Source: a bacterium | GTDB taxonomy: Bacteria; Oederibacteriota; Muellerivitia; Muellerivitales; Muellerivitaceae | Length of the DNA stretch: 40,881 nucleotides | Assembly (NCBI GenBank): GCA_035541195.1 | Contig: DATKNU010000126.1 | Coordinates: 1 to 40,881, forward strand | Reading direction: 5' to 3' | Shown: positions 31,792-40,881 of the stretch, one piece after another | Layout: every line of letters starts with the position of its first letter | Numbering within the stretch: the first letter of the stretch is position 1 | The notes under the pieces: model-generated | What the model was told of the DNA's origin: nothing | What the model saw: the letters and a program-made list of their open reading frames with translations, nothing else | Database searches by the model: none | Position numbers and translations under genes: made by a program

Positions 31792-34700
31792 TTGATCTCC
31801 GACCAATCCATCCGGGAACGGGTCACCCACGACCACGAAACCCTCTTCGCGGTGGACGCGGGGGCGGGCACGGGCAAGACCACGCTCCTGGTTTCCCGGC
31901 TGATCGCGCTTCTCATCGAAAAAAAAGCGCGGCTCAGCCGCATCGCGGCCATTACCTTCACCGAAAAGGCCGCCGCCGAACTGGCCGAGCGCCTTCGGTT
32001 TAAATTGGAAGAAGAACTCCAACCCGTTCGACTTGCTTCGCTCGCTCAGGGTGAGCAAGGCTCCCGAGCGGCCTTGCTCAGCAAGGCACTTGAGGATATG
32101 GAATGCGCCCCCATCTCGACCATCCATTCCTTCTGCGCGGGGTTGCTGCGTGAATATCCGGTGGAAGCGGGGGTCGACCCCCAATTCACCTTGCTGGACG
32201 AGGTGCAATCCAGGGCCTTTGAGGCCCAGGCCTGGGAACATTGGCTCAAACAAAGCCTATCCAAACCCGTGGAGCCGCTCTTTCATTTCCAACGGTTGGG
32301 AGGCGCTTTCGAGCACCTGGAAGAACTCAAACAATTCCTCAAACGCAACCGCACGCTCTTGACCCTGGAGCCCCCCAAGCCCCTGCCCTCCCTGGAACCC
32401 TTGCGGGATGAAATTAAGGCCTTCGTGGAAATAACGAAAAAAGAAGCCGCCCAGTGCGCCAAGCCCGAGGACAGCCTCTACAAAGTGCTGGAAGGCTTTT
32501 GGGCCGGGTGGGAAGCCCTGGCCCCTCTTCCGGCCGGGGACTTTGGCTTTGAATTGGCGAATTTCAAGATCCCCAAGGTCGGCAATAAAGGCGCCCAGGG
32601 CAATTGGGGCAAGGACCGGCTCGCCTCCCTCCGGGAAGGCTTCGTGAAGTTGGCGGAGGACCACCAGGCGGCTTTGGCGCCCTTCAAGGACGCGGTGGTC
32701 CTCAACTTGGTGCGTTGGATTTGGGACTACTTCACCGATTGGGAAGCGCAAAAGGGCAAGGGCGGGTTCCTCGACTTTGACGACCTGCTTTTAAAGACCC
32801 GCGATCTACTGCTCAAACATCCCGAGGTGCGTGAAGAATTGAAGGGCCGCTTCGACTACCTTTTCGTGGACGAGTTCCAGGATACGGACCCGCTTCAAGT
32901 GGAGATCGTCTTCTTCCTGGGCGAGCAGGTTAAAAAGAGCGAAAAGGATTGGAAGAAAGTGAAGCTGGAGCCCGGAAAGCTCTTCCTGGTCGGCGATCCC
33001 AAGCAAAGCATCTACCGCTTCCGCCGGGCGGATGTGGCCATTTACGAGGCTACGAAGGAAAGGGTGCTTGCCAACGGCGGCCAGGTCGAGGTGCTCAGCG
33101 AAAATTTCCGCACCGTCGGCGCTTTGGTCGAATGGGTCAACGGCCTATTCATCTCCCAATTCGAGGGAACGGGCATTAAGTACCACCCCCTAACCGCCAG
33201 TCGAAAGGCCGGCGCCACCGAAGGGACGCTCCCCCTGCTTTGGGGGCTCAAGATCCCAAGATCGCCGGAAGAAAAACCCTCCAAGGGCTCGCTTCGCCAA
33301 TGGGAAGCCGAGTGGACCGCCGCCTTTTTGCAGGATCTTCTCAAAGGCGATTTCACGGTCTCGGACCCCAAGAGCCACGAAAAGCGCCCGGTTCGCCCCG
33401 GCGACATCGCGCTTTTATTCCGTGACCTTTCCAACGACGTCGAGGAAGCCTGGGAAGAGGCCCTGCGCCGCCGGGGCCTTTCGTATCAAATCGTCGGGGG
33501 GAAGCGTTTCTACAACCGGCCCGAGATTGTGGCCCTCTCCACCCTCTTGACCTGCCTTTCGTCGCCGGCGGATGAGGCGGCCGCGGTGGCGCTACTTCGA
33601 AGCCCGATCTTCGGCTTCAGCGATGAGGAGCTTTTCCTGCACCGCGCCGCGGGGGGCACATTCCAATTCCAACGAATGGCGAAGGGCAAGGTGGGCCAGG
33701 CCTTTCAAATTTTGCGGGAATGGTTCAAGGACACCCGAAGCCTGGCGGTTTCCGAGACCCTGGCCGAGCTTTACCGCCGCACGAATCTCTTGGCGGTGAC
33801 CGCCGGGCAACCCCATGGCGAACAGCGGGTGGCGAACCTTTACAAAGTGCTGGACCAGGCGCGGGAATTGGAAAGCTCCCAACATTTCACCTACCGGGCC
33901 TTCACCCAATGGCTGACCACCCAGCAGGAAGAAGGCACGCTGGAGGGCGAGGCGCCGGGGCCTGATTCCACCGAGGACCGCATCACCCTCATGACCATCC
34001 ACAAGGCCAAGGGGCTGGAATTCCCCCTGGTGTTCGTTTCCGCTTGGGCCGCGGACCCGAAGGATTCGGGCAGCCTGATGGACCGCAAAAGCTCCCGGGG
34101 AGCCTTTAAGGTGGGTTCGGCGGACCTGGGGCTCAAGACCTTGAATTATGACGGGGTCAAGGAAGAGGAAGAACTCCAGCGCCAGGCCGAGGACACCCGC
34201 CTGCTTTACGTGGCGGCCACCCGCGCCCGGGATTGCCTGCTCCTGCCTTATTTTGATTTCGCCCCCGATGGAAAATTCCAAAACGAGGGCCTTTTTGCCG
34301 GTCCTTTGTTGAAGGCGCTGGGGGAAAAAAGCGGAACTCATTGGGTCGGGGTAAAAGAAGGCGCCCAACCTTTAAGCGATCCCCCGGCCTGGGTGGTGCC
34401 CTTGGACGAAAAACCGGGCCCCGCCCTGGATGCCGAAAAGGCAAAACTGGAGGTCCAGCGGGAAGCCCGCCGGGAAAAGCTCAAGACCCTCGCCGGTGGG
34501 CGGGACTTCGTGACCGTGACGGCATTGGCCCATGGGGACGAGGAGAAGAAAGAAAGAGAAGAACGCGTCTTCGAGGAACCGGAAAGCGCCTCACCCTGGG
34601 GCGGAAAGGGTTTTGGCGTCTTGGCCCACCGGCTTTTGGAAAAGGGCTGGGACTGGGATGAGGCGATGCTTAACAAGGCCGCCCAGGCTTGGGCGCCTTT

Positions 34701-35064
34701 GGAAGGCCTCAAGCCCGAAGCCGCCCAGGAAGCGGCCCAAATGGCGCTGAGGGCCCTTTCCCATCCCATCCTTACCCGGGCCCGTCAATCCTCCCGCCTT
34801 TTGCGAGAGCTTCCTTTGAGCCTGAAACAAGAAGACGGCACCTATCTCAAAGCCGTCATGGACTTGGTTTTCCTGGAAGGCGACGAATGGGTGATCGTGG
34901 ATTACAAGAGCGACCGGGACCCGTCGCTCCAAGCGGAAGGCTATCGCAAGCAAATCGAGCATTACGCCGAACTTCTGGAAAAAACCACGAACCTCAAAGT
35001 CAAAGAAGCAGGTCTTTATTTCCTCAGGCAGGATGGCCCCGGCGCCTTCCAGAAGATAAAATAA
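31792..35064 (+). CDS. addA: AddA-like UvrD/Rep-family helicase with C-terminal PD-(D/E)XK nuclease
   Basis: 1090 aa with a TTG start. Motifs: LFAVDAGAGTGKTTLLVSRLI (Walker A), DYLFVDEFQDTDPLQVEI (II), LFLVGDPKQSIYRFRRADV (III), LMTIHKAKGLEFPLVFVS, RLLYVAATRARDCLLLP (VI). Nuclease: VMDLVFLEGDEWVIVDYKSDRD. Confidence 0.85.
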   Translation: MISDQSIRERVTHDHETLFAVDAGAGTGKTTLLVSRLIALLIEKKARLSRIAAITFTEKAAAELAERLRFKLEEELQPVRLASLAQGEQGSRAALLSKALEDMECAPISTIHSFCAGLLREYPVEAGVDPQFTLLDEVQSRAFEAQAWEHWLKQSLSKPVEPLFHFQRLGGAFEHLEELKQFLKRNRTLLTLEPPKPLPSLEPLRDEIKAFVEITKKEAAQCAKPEDSLYKVLEGFWAGWEALAPLPAGDFGFELANFKIPKVGNKGAQGNWGKDRLASLREGFVKLAEDHQAALAPFKDAVVLNLVRWIWDYFTDWEAQKGKGGFLDFDDLLLKTRDLLLKHPEVREELKGRFDYLFVDEFQDTDPLQVEIVFFLGEQVKKSEKDWKKVKLEPGKLFLVGDPKQSIYRFRRADVAIYEATKERVLANGGQVEVLSENFRTVGALVEWVNGLFISQFEGTGIKYHPLTASRKAGATEGTLPLLWGLKIPRSPEEKPSKGSLRQWEAEWTAAFLQDLLKGDFTVSDPKSHEKRPVRPGDIALLFRDLSNDVEEAWEEALRRRGLSYQIVGGKRFYNRPEIVALSTLLTCLSSPADEAAAVALLRSPIFGFSDEELFLHRAAGGTFQFQRMAKGKVGQAFQILREWFKDTRSLAVSETLAELYRRTNLLAVTAGQPHGEQRVANLYKVLDQARELESSQHFTYRAFTQWLTTQQEEGTLEGEAPGPDSTEDRITLMTIHKAKGLEFPLVFVSAWAADPKDSGSLMDRKSSRGAFKVGSADLGLKTLNYDGVKEEEELQRQAEDTRLLYVAATRARDCLLLPYFDFAPDGKFQNEGLFAGPLLKALGEKSGTHWVGVKEGAQPLSDPPAWVVPLDEKPGPALDAEKAKLEVQREARREKLKTLAGGRDFVTVTALAHGDEEKKEREERVFEEPESASPWGGKGFGVLAHRLLEKGWDWDEAMLNKAAQAWAPLEGLKPEAAQEAAQMALRALSHPILTRARQSSRLLRELPLSLKQEDGTYLKAVMDLVFLEGDEWVIVDYKSDRDPSLQAEGYRKQIEHYAELLEKTTNLKVKEAGLYFLRQDGPGAFQKIK

Positions 35065-35068
35065 ACCC

Positions 35069-36001
35069 ATGGCCCATTCCCACGACCAGGGGGATCACCC
35101 CCACGAACAAGCCCCCGGGCCGGACCGCAAAAAAAAGATGACGCGGGCGGTCTTCATCACGGCCGCCATCCTTTTGCTGGAAGCCGTGGGCGGCGTTTGG
35201 TCCGGCAGTTTGGCGCTTTTGACCGACGCGGGCCACATGTTGACCGACCTGGCGGCGCTGCTCATTTCCCTGACCGCCATGATCTTGGCCGAACGCCCCA
35301 TCAGCCGAACCCATACCTTCGGCCTCGCCCGATTGGAAGTGCTGGCGGCGCTGGGCAATTCCCTCACCTTTTTCCTGATGGTCTTCGCCGTGGCCTGGCA
35401 GGCCGGGGTGAGGCTGGCCCACCCTTCCTTGCCCGATTGGCGCGCCATGGGGTTGGTCGCGGCCATCGGGTTCGCGGCCAACGCCTCCAGCGCCTGGTTC
35501 CTGCACGGGGCGGACCAGCAGGACATCAACCTGCAGGGCGCTTGGATCCACGTGCTGGGCGACCTGGCCTCGTCCCTGGGGGTTTTGATCGGGGTCTTGG
35601 TGATCGCCCAAACCGGATGGACTTGGGTGGACCCGCTTTTGAGCCTGCTCATCGCGCTCTTGATCGCCGCAAGCGCCTTCAAGCTTTTCCGCAAAGCCCT
35701 CCGGATTTTGCTGGAAGCCAGCCCCCGGGGGCTGGCCCCCGAGGCCATCTCGGGCATTTTGCGGGGGAAAATTCCGGAAATCCGCGAGGTGCACCACGTG
35801 CATTTGTGGGAAGTGGGCGCGGGACAGGTTTACTTGACCGCCCACTTGGTGGTGGAAGACGCCAAAATCAGTGAGGCGGTGCCTTTGCTTGAGAGGGCCC
35901 AAAGCCTGCTCAAGGCTGAGTTGCAAATCGACCACAGCACCTTCCAATTGGAAGTTCGGACGCCTTCCCGGATCGCTTTCAGCGAGAAGCCCCCCCTTTA
36001 A
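35069..36001 (+). CDS. Cation diffusion facilitator family metal efflux transporter (CzcD/ZitB-like)
   Basis: 310 aa, starting 4 nt after the addA stop. His-rich N-terminus MAHSHDQGDHPHEQ. TM2 and TM5 metal-site motifs ALLTDAGHMLTDLAAL and AWIHVLGDLASSLGVLIG. C-terminal cytoplasmic domain. Confidence 0.88.
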   Translation: MAHSHDQGDHPHEQAPGPDRKKKMTRAVFITAAILLLEAVGGVWSGSLALLTDAGHMLTDLAALLISLTAMILAERPISRTHTFGLARLEVLAALGNSLTFFLMVFAVAWQAGVRLAHPSLPDWRAMGLVAAIGFAANASSAWFLHGADQQDINLQGAWIHVLGDLASSLGVLIGVLVIAQTGWTWVDPLLSLLIALLIAASAFKLFRKALRILLEASPRGLAPEAISGILRGKIPEIREVHHVHLWEVGAGQVYLTAHLVVEDAKISEAVPLLERAQSLLKAELQIDHSTFQLEVRTPSRIAFSEKPPL

Positions 36002-38121
36002 GGCCGGCTTCCCCCCGGCAACAACCGCAGGGACTTTCGCAGGTCATAACGGGGATCCACCCGGGCGGCGAGACGGAAGATTTTTTCCGCCGGGCCCGGC
36101 TGTCCTTGACTCAAGGCCTGTGTGCCCAGGTGATGGAGGATTTCCGCCAAGGGTTCCTGGAAGGGCGGCGGCGGCGCCAAATCCCCCGGCGGCAGGGACA
36201 AGAGCGGCCAAGCGCGCGTCAGGTCGCGGGTCCGGTAAATCGGGAGCACTATTTTCTCCAAGACGCATTCCTTGAGGAAGGGGTCGGGGGGAAGCCCCCG
36301 GTACAAGTCCCAAAGCCCGTCCAGGTATTTTCCATAGGCGGGGTGGGCCTCATGAAAGGGGATTTCCCCGTACAAGTCCTGCAATTTTTGGTGCGGGAGG
36401 ACCCAGCCCAGGAGTTTGGCCCGGTCGTTCCCCTGAAGGGGGACGACCGCCAACCAGACCTCATGGTCGGGTTCCGGGTTCAGGCCTTTTGAAAGGTCCT
36501 GAAGGGAGGATTGGGGGAATTCTTTCTGGAAGAGCCCGACGTCCCAAGGCGCCAAAAGCACGGCCGCCCACCGCGCCTTTTCAGGATCCAAGGCCGGGTT
36601 GGCGGCGGCGTTGAAGGGGAAAACCCCGAGGAAAAGGCTTTCGTCGAAAACGTCGTAATAAAAATCGCTGAACACCAGTCCGGGCCCGGGAATGGCTGAA
36701 AGGGCTTGGGCGGCCCGGTATTGTTCCGGCGATTTCGAGCCCCCGGTTTCCTTGTCCGGGACCGCCCAGCGGTGGTAGGGCCCCCCGAGATGGTAGAGGT
36801 CCAAGGCCAGCGAGAAGGCCAACAGGGCGGTTAAAAGCCGGGCGCGCCGGTGGACCGGGAAATGTTCGATGACGGCCTTGAGCCCCAGCGCGGTCCAGAA
36901 AAGAAAAAGCGGGAGCAGGATGAGGACCCGCATGGCTTCCACCGTGTTGGAGAAAAAACCCGGGGCCAAGCCCGCCAGCACCGCCGCCCCCAAGCCCCAG
37001 AAGGCCGGCCGGTTCCGGAAACGCCCGCACTCCACCATCCCCACCAGGCAGGCCCCGCCCAGGATCGGGTTTAAATAGCCGCCCCAAAGGGGCCCGAAAT
37101 TAAAATAAGACTTATCCAAAGTCCCCCAAAGAAAAACCGTCAAATAAGAAAAAGAGATTTTCAGTTGGGCGGGCCAGGAGTGGATTTGCCCCGTCCAAAG
37201 ATATTGGAAGGCGTGCCCTTGGGACGAATGGGGGAATAGCGAAACCAGAACGGGCCCCATCAGGATTGCCAGGGTGAAGCTGAACCCCAGGGCCGGTTTC
37301 CAGTCCTTGGGTTTGGCCCGGGCGCAATCCAGCAGGAATCCGCCCCCTACGACGGCGATCAGGGGAAGGGCTAAGACTGAAACATAGCCACAAAACCCTA
37401 AGACCAACCCCAACACCACTGCCAGCCTGTTTCGGGAAGTCCCGCGGGGAAGGTGTCGGATGAACCCCCAAAGGCCCAGGGATAGAAATTCGAAAAAGAC
37501 CAGGCAGGCTTCGGTCCCTGAAAATTGACCCACATAAATGGGCCAAAAGCCCAAGGCTAAGAGGCAAAAGTAAAGGAAGGCGAGGCGGCCCGAGACCCAT
37601 TGCCGGCAGGCCCAAAGGCCGGCCACCAAAGCCAAAGTCGATTCCAAGGCCTGCAGCGCCCAGATGGAAAACAAGGAAGGGGGAATCAGCTTGAACCAGA
37701 GCGCCTTGGCCCAAAAAGACAAGGGCCCCAGTTTTTCGTTGCTATACCAAAGATGCCAAGTCCAATGCCGAGATTGTTGGTAGGACAGCAGGCTGTGGAT
37801 GCCGTCGTCCCACATGGGCCAGACCGGTAGGCCGAGGGAGACGCATAAACGCAAGGATAAACCCAGGGCCAGCACGAGCCAGATCATTCCGGGATCGGGC
37901 GCCGACGGCATCGGTTTTTCCGGGAACTGGGCCGCGGGCCGCAGGTTGAAAATAAAGAAAAGAAAAGGGCAAAGCAGGGCTACGAGCCCGATTAAGACCT
38001 TGGCCGCGAGGCCGAGAGGGCCAAAGGCCAAAAAGGCGTTCAGCAGGGAAAAATAAAGGAACAAGGCCGGGGGATGGTAGGGAATTGAGACGCCGAGAAG
38101 TCCGGGGGCCGGGCGGGTCAT
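35998..38121 (-). CDS. Polytopic GT-C-type membrane glycosyltransferase (GT39/ArnT/PMT-like) with a soluble C-terminal, TPR-like end
   Basis: 707 aa. The N-terminal ~440 aa carry more than 10 hydrophobic segments. The first-loop acidic motif is LPVWPMWDDGIHS. The C-terminal ~250 aa are soluble and end in GQPGPAEKIFRLAARVDPRY. The ATG overlaps the hpnE stop (ATGA). Family assignment is by topology and motif only. Confidence 0.5.
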   Translation of the reverse strand: MTRPAPGLLGVSIPYHPPALFLYFSLLNAFLAFGPLGLAAKVLIGLVALLCPFLFFIFNLRPAAQFPEKPMPSAPDPGMIWLVLALGLSLRLCVSLGLPVWPMWDDGIHSLLSYQQSRHWTWHLWYSNEKLGPLSFWAKALWFKLIPPSLFSIWALQALESTLALVAGLWACRQWVSGRLAFLYFCLLALGFWPIYVGQFSGTEACLVFFEFLSLGLWGFIRHLPRGTSRNRLAVVLGLVLGFCGYVSVLALPLIAVVGGGFLLDCARAKPKDWKPALGFSFTLAILMGPVLVSLFPHSSQGHAFQYLWTGQIHSWPAQLKISFSYLTVFLWGTLDKSYFNFGPLWGGYLNPILGGACLVGMVECGRFRNRPAFWGLGAAVLAGLAPGFFSNTVEAMRVLILLPLFLFWTALGLKAVIEHFPVHRRARLLTALLAFSLALDLYHLGGPYHRWAVPDKETGGSKSPEQYRAAQALSAIPGPGLVFSDFYYDVFDESLFLGVFPFNAAANPALDPEKARWAAVLLAPWDVGLFQKEFPQSSLQDLSKGLNPEPDHEVWLAVVPLQGNDRAKLLGWVLPHQKLQDLYGEIPFHEAHPAYGKYLDGLWDLYRGLPPDPFLKECVLEKIVLPIYRTRDLTRAWPLLSLPPGDLAPPPPFQEPLAEILHHLGTQALSQGQPGPAEKIFRLAARVDPRYDLRKSLRLLPGGSRP

Positions 38122-39449
38122 TTAAGGAAAGCCAGGGCTTTTTGGGCGGCGCGATGCCCCGAAAGGCAAGCGCCCTCGATGGTGGCGGGAAGCCCCGTGT
38201 CGGTCCAGTCGCCCGCCAGGAAGACGTTGGGAAAAGGGGTGGCGGTTTTAGGGCGGAAGGCGCCCGAAGCCTCGCTCCAGATAAAAGTCGCGGACATTTC
38301 CTTGGTGACCTTCGAGTGCAGGGGCTGGGTGCCGGCCAAAGCGGGGAAACGCGACTGAAGTTCTTCCCAAGCCCGGATCAAGATTTCCTTCTCGTTTTTC
38401 GCCGCCAAGTCCGGGTCGCCGCTGGAGACCAGGCTCACATATTGGTTGGGGCCGCTTAAGCCCCAATTGGCGCTGCGGTTGAAGGCCCAGTCGAAATCCG
38501 CCCCGGCGAAACCTTCCAGGTGGCCTCGCAGGACGGGTTTTTCCAAAATCAAATGGACGGACACGATGGGCGACTTGCCCAAGCGGGCTTCCTCGCCGGG
38601 CGGGGGCAACCCCGCGCCGCCCCAAAGCGCTTCCAAGGACCTCACGGGCAAAGCCAGGATCAAAACATCGGCGGTGAATTTTTTCCCCGAGGCCGTCTCC
38701 AGGCCGAAGGGGCCGGACACCAGGTTGAGTTTCTGGACCCCTTCGCGCAAATGCGCCTGGGAGCCCCGGGCGGCCAGATATTCCAGGGCCTGGGGGAAAG
38801 CGATCTCGCTTAAAGGTTTCGCCGCCACCACCAAGGCGCTGTCCCGGCGCTTGCCGAAAAAAACCCGGTTCAAGACCCCCCCGAGGGCCCGGATGGGCGC
38901 CACTGCGGGCGGGACGTTCATCACCGCCCGGCAAAAGGGCGTCCAAAAGCGCTCCCTCGTGGTGGGGCCTTGGCGGGTGAAGCCCATCCAATTTTCCACC
39001 GTGCGGATTTTCGGGGGAAGGGGGAAGGGTCGGACCGCGAAAGGGGCCAGGGCCGCCATGAGCTTGAGCTTTTCCGATCCGGGGAAGGCGCTGGAACTAA
39101 GGAGCCCCAAAAGCAGGTGAAAAGGCGCGGGCAAGGACAGGCAATTCAGGGACGTCCTCGCGCCGCCCGGGGAAACCCAACTCAAGGCCAGCGGATCCAC
39201 CCAATGAAAATCCGAGGCGGCGCCGAGGCGCTTGAAGAGTTTGAAGGTTTCCCGGTAACAGCCCATGAGCAGGTGGGGCCCGTTGTCCACGGGCGCGGGA
39301 AAAGACGGGGAAGGCGCGGTGGAATAAACCCGGCCGCCCAAAAAACCCCGGGATTCCAAGAGGTCCACCGGGACCCCGGCCTCGGCCAAGGCCGTCGCCG
39401 CCGAAACGCCGGCGTAGCCGCCGCCCACCACCAACGCGCGCGGGCTCAA
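38118..39449 (-). CDS. hpnE: Hydroxysqualene dehydroxylase (FAD-dependent amine-oxidase/phytoene-desaturase fold)
   Basis: I start it at TTG 39449, which overlaps the hpnD stop as TTGA and puts the Rossmann motif at the N-terminus: (M)SPRALVVGGGYAGVSAATALAEAGVPVDLLESRGFLGGR. The C-terminal motif is FLAGDWTDTGLPATIEGACLSG. The ORF-track start at 39704 would overlap hpnD by 258 nt. Confidence 0.8.
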   Translation of the reverse strand: MSPRALVVGGGYAGVSAATALAEAGVPVDLLESRGFLGGRVYSTAPSPSFPAPVDNGPHLLMGCYRETFKLFKRLGAASDFHWVDPLALSWVSPGGARTSLNCLSLPAPFHLLLGLLSSSAFPGSEKLKLMAALAPFAVRPFPLPPKIRTVENWMGFTRQGPTTRERFWTPFCRAVMNVPPAVAPIRALGGVLNRVFFGKRRDSALVVAAKPLSEIAFPQALEYLAARGSQAHLREGVQKLNLVSGPFGLETASGKKFTADVLILALPVRSLEALWGGAGLPPPGEEARLGKSPIVSVHLILEKPVLRGHLEGFAGADFDWAFNRSANWGLSGPNQYVSLVSSGDPDLAAKNEKEILIRAWEELQSRFPALAGTQPLHSKVTKEMSATFIWSEASGAFRPKTATPFPNVFLAGDWTDTGLPATIEGACLSGHRAAQKALAFLK

Positions 39450-40285
39450 AAAAGCCCCTTCCAAGCCGCGCAACGGGACAAGGCGCCCGCCACCGCCCAG
39501 AGTTTTTCCGAAAGCGACAGGGAGGTTTTCCCGGCCAGGATCCCCCCCGGATGGGCCCGCAATTTTTCCTTCAGGCGGCCGTAAATCGCCGCGATGGCCT
39601 CGGCGGTGGGCAAGGCGGCGCGCTGGCGGCGGGAAAGGGCGGCTTGGGCTTTTTCCCAAAAGGATTCGGCCCGACTCAGTTGGAAATCCACGAAGTGCGG
39701 CCACGAAAGATCGCCGGGATCAAGCGCGGCGGGGTTGAGCTTGAAACGGCGGAAGTCCTCGTCCGGCAGGTATTGGCGGCCCAGCTGCGCGTCTTCCTTG
39801 ACGTCGCGGACCATGTTGACGATCTGAAGGAACAGCCCCAGGTTCTCGGCGTAGAGGCGGTGGGCCTTGTCCTTGAAACCGAAAATCTCCATGCTGGCCA
39901 GGCCCGGTCCCCCGGCCACCTGCCGGGCATAGGCTTTGAGTTCCCCGAAGGTTTTGAAGCGCAGGGGCCTCAGGTCCCGCTCCACGCCCTTGAGGATCCG
40001 CTCCAGGGGTTCGGCGGACAGGGCGAACCTTCGCCGCACCTCGGCCAAGCCCAAAAAGAGGGGGTCTGCCGGGGGCCGCCCCGCCAGGCAGGCCTTCAGC
40101 TTGGCCTTGAACCGCGCCAGGTCCTTTCTTTTTCGCGCGCGCGCGCCGGCCCCGTCCGAAATCTCATCGGCGGCCCAGCAAAAACGATAGAGCGTTTCCA
40201 GGGCCCGGCGTTGGTCCCGGGGCAAAAGCAACATGGCGTAATAGAAACTGGTTTTTTTTTGGAGCGATCCGTTTTGGATGTTCAA
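39446..40285 (-). CDS. hpnD: Presqualene diphosphate synthase (squalene/phytoene synthase family)
   Basis: 279 aa with a TTG start overlapping the hpnC stop (TTGA). First Asp-rich region SFYYAMLLLPRDQRRALETLYRFCWAADEISD; second LQIVNMVRDVKEDAQLGRQYLPDED. Confidence 0.8.
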   Translation of the reverse strand: MNIQNGSLQKKTSFYYAMLLLPRDQRRALETLYRFCWAADEISDGAGARARKRKDLARFKAKLKACLAGRPPADPLFLGLAEVRRRFALSAEPLERILKGVERDLRPLRFKTFGELKAYARQVAGGPGLASMEIFGFKDKAHRLYAENLGLFLQIVNMVRDVKEDAQLGRQYLPDEDFRRFKLNPAALDPGDLSWPHFVDFQLSRAESFWEKAQAALSRRQRAALPTAEAIAAIYGRLKEKLRAHPGGILAGKTSLSLSEKLWAVAGALSRCAAWKGLF

Positions 40286-40881
40286 GGGGTCCCTTTCGGT
40301 TTGGGGGAAGGGAACAAAAGCGCCTGGGCGGCCAAGGCGGCTTTTTCCAAGGCGCTCCAGGAAGGGCGGCCTTGGAGCACATTGTAATCCATCCGGCGGA
40401 TTTTTTTCAGGATCCCCCGGCCGCCCAGGACCGTGGCCTTGAGTTCCAGCCCCAAGCGGCCGCCAACCCCCGCGAGCAAGGGAAGGCCCTTCGCGAAATA
40501 GCCCTCGGTGTAATTGACCGCCGCTTCAACCAGGCGGCGGGTCCGGGGCGAGTCTTGGAGCCCCAGGAGCTCCCCAGGGGTGACCTTTTGGGCGCGCAGT
40601 TCCGTGAGCGGGTAGTAGATCCGGCCCCGCTTTAAATCGATGGCGCTGTCCTGCCAGAAATTGATGAGCTGAAGTCCCGAACAGAGGAAGTCCGAGTAGC
40701 GATGGAGCTTCCCGTCCCGGACGCCTGAAATCAAAAGCACCATGCGGCCCACCGGATTGGCGCTGTGGCGGCAATAAAACAAAAGGTCCTTCCAGGTGGC
40801 GTAACGCTTGACCTTGAGGTCCGTGCGGTAGGCCTTGAGCAAGTCCAGGGGCAGGCGGAGGGGGATTTTAAAAACCTTCAT
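40282..40881 (-). CDS. hpnC: Hydroxysqualene synthase (squalene/phytoene synthase family), C-terminal part; 5' end outside the window
   Basis: The frame is open to the window edge. Motifs: DLLFYCRHSANPVGRMVLLISG and GLQLINFWQDSAIDLKRGRIYYPL (second Asp-rich region). It is the first gene of the hpnC-D-E order. Confidence 0.75.
   Translation of the reverse strand: MKVFKIPLRLPLDLLKAYRTDLKVKRYATWKDLLFYCRHSANPVGRMVLLISGVRDGKLHRYSDFLCSGLQLINFWQDSAIDLKRGRIYYPLTELRAQKVTPGELLGLQDSPRTRRLVEAAVNYTEGYFAKGLPLLAGVGGRLGLELKATVLGGRGILKKIRRMDYNVLQGRPSWSALEKAALAAQALLFPSPKPKGTP

Overview
This is an origin-proximal chromosomal segment from a bacterium of roughly 55-60% GC (hand-counted on sampled 60-nt lines). 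It starts inside dnaA and runs through dnaN. I call 29 protein-coding genes, 4 intrinsic terminators, a few sigma70-like promoters and two small repeat sets. I see no rRNA, tRNA, CRISPR array, integrase or transposase. Most content is core metabolism and DNA maintenance: dnaA, dnaN, hldD, purC, ispH, an M3 oligoendopeptidase, an AddB/AddA-like helicase-nuclease pair, a CDF transporter and hpnC-hpnD-hpnE squalene genes. Six things deserve a second look. (1) A four-gene operon at 16089-22830 opens with three genes built like the Ralstonia phcBSR lipid-methyl-ester quorum-sensing module: a SAM methyltransferase, a polytopic membrane kinase, and a receiver fused to a degenerate kinase domain. Here the sensor is elaborated into an HK-REC-HK tandem kinase, and a CYP4/CYP102-like P450 is co-transcribed. 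I consider this a candidate undescribed hydroxy-lipid methyl-ester signalling system. (2) An MrfA-like DEAH helicase with a 4-Cys Zn domain is fused to a DEDD exonuclease domain directly after dnaN. (3) A stand-alone Cas4/RecB-like Fe-S nuclease ends in a beta-clamp-binding-type pentapeptide (QLPLF-COOH) and appears to be expressed from a leaderless promoter. (4) A strongly AT-rich secreted TPR protein gene is wedged between addB and addA. (5) hpnC-D-E are translationally coupled to a GT-C-type membrane glycosyltransferase, with no cyclase in view. (6) The dnaA-dnaN spacer holds a candidate oriC with phased AAATCC(C/A)C boxes. All functional names rest on motif recognition by eye; no database search or folding computation was possible.
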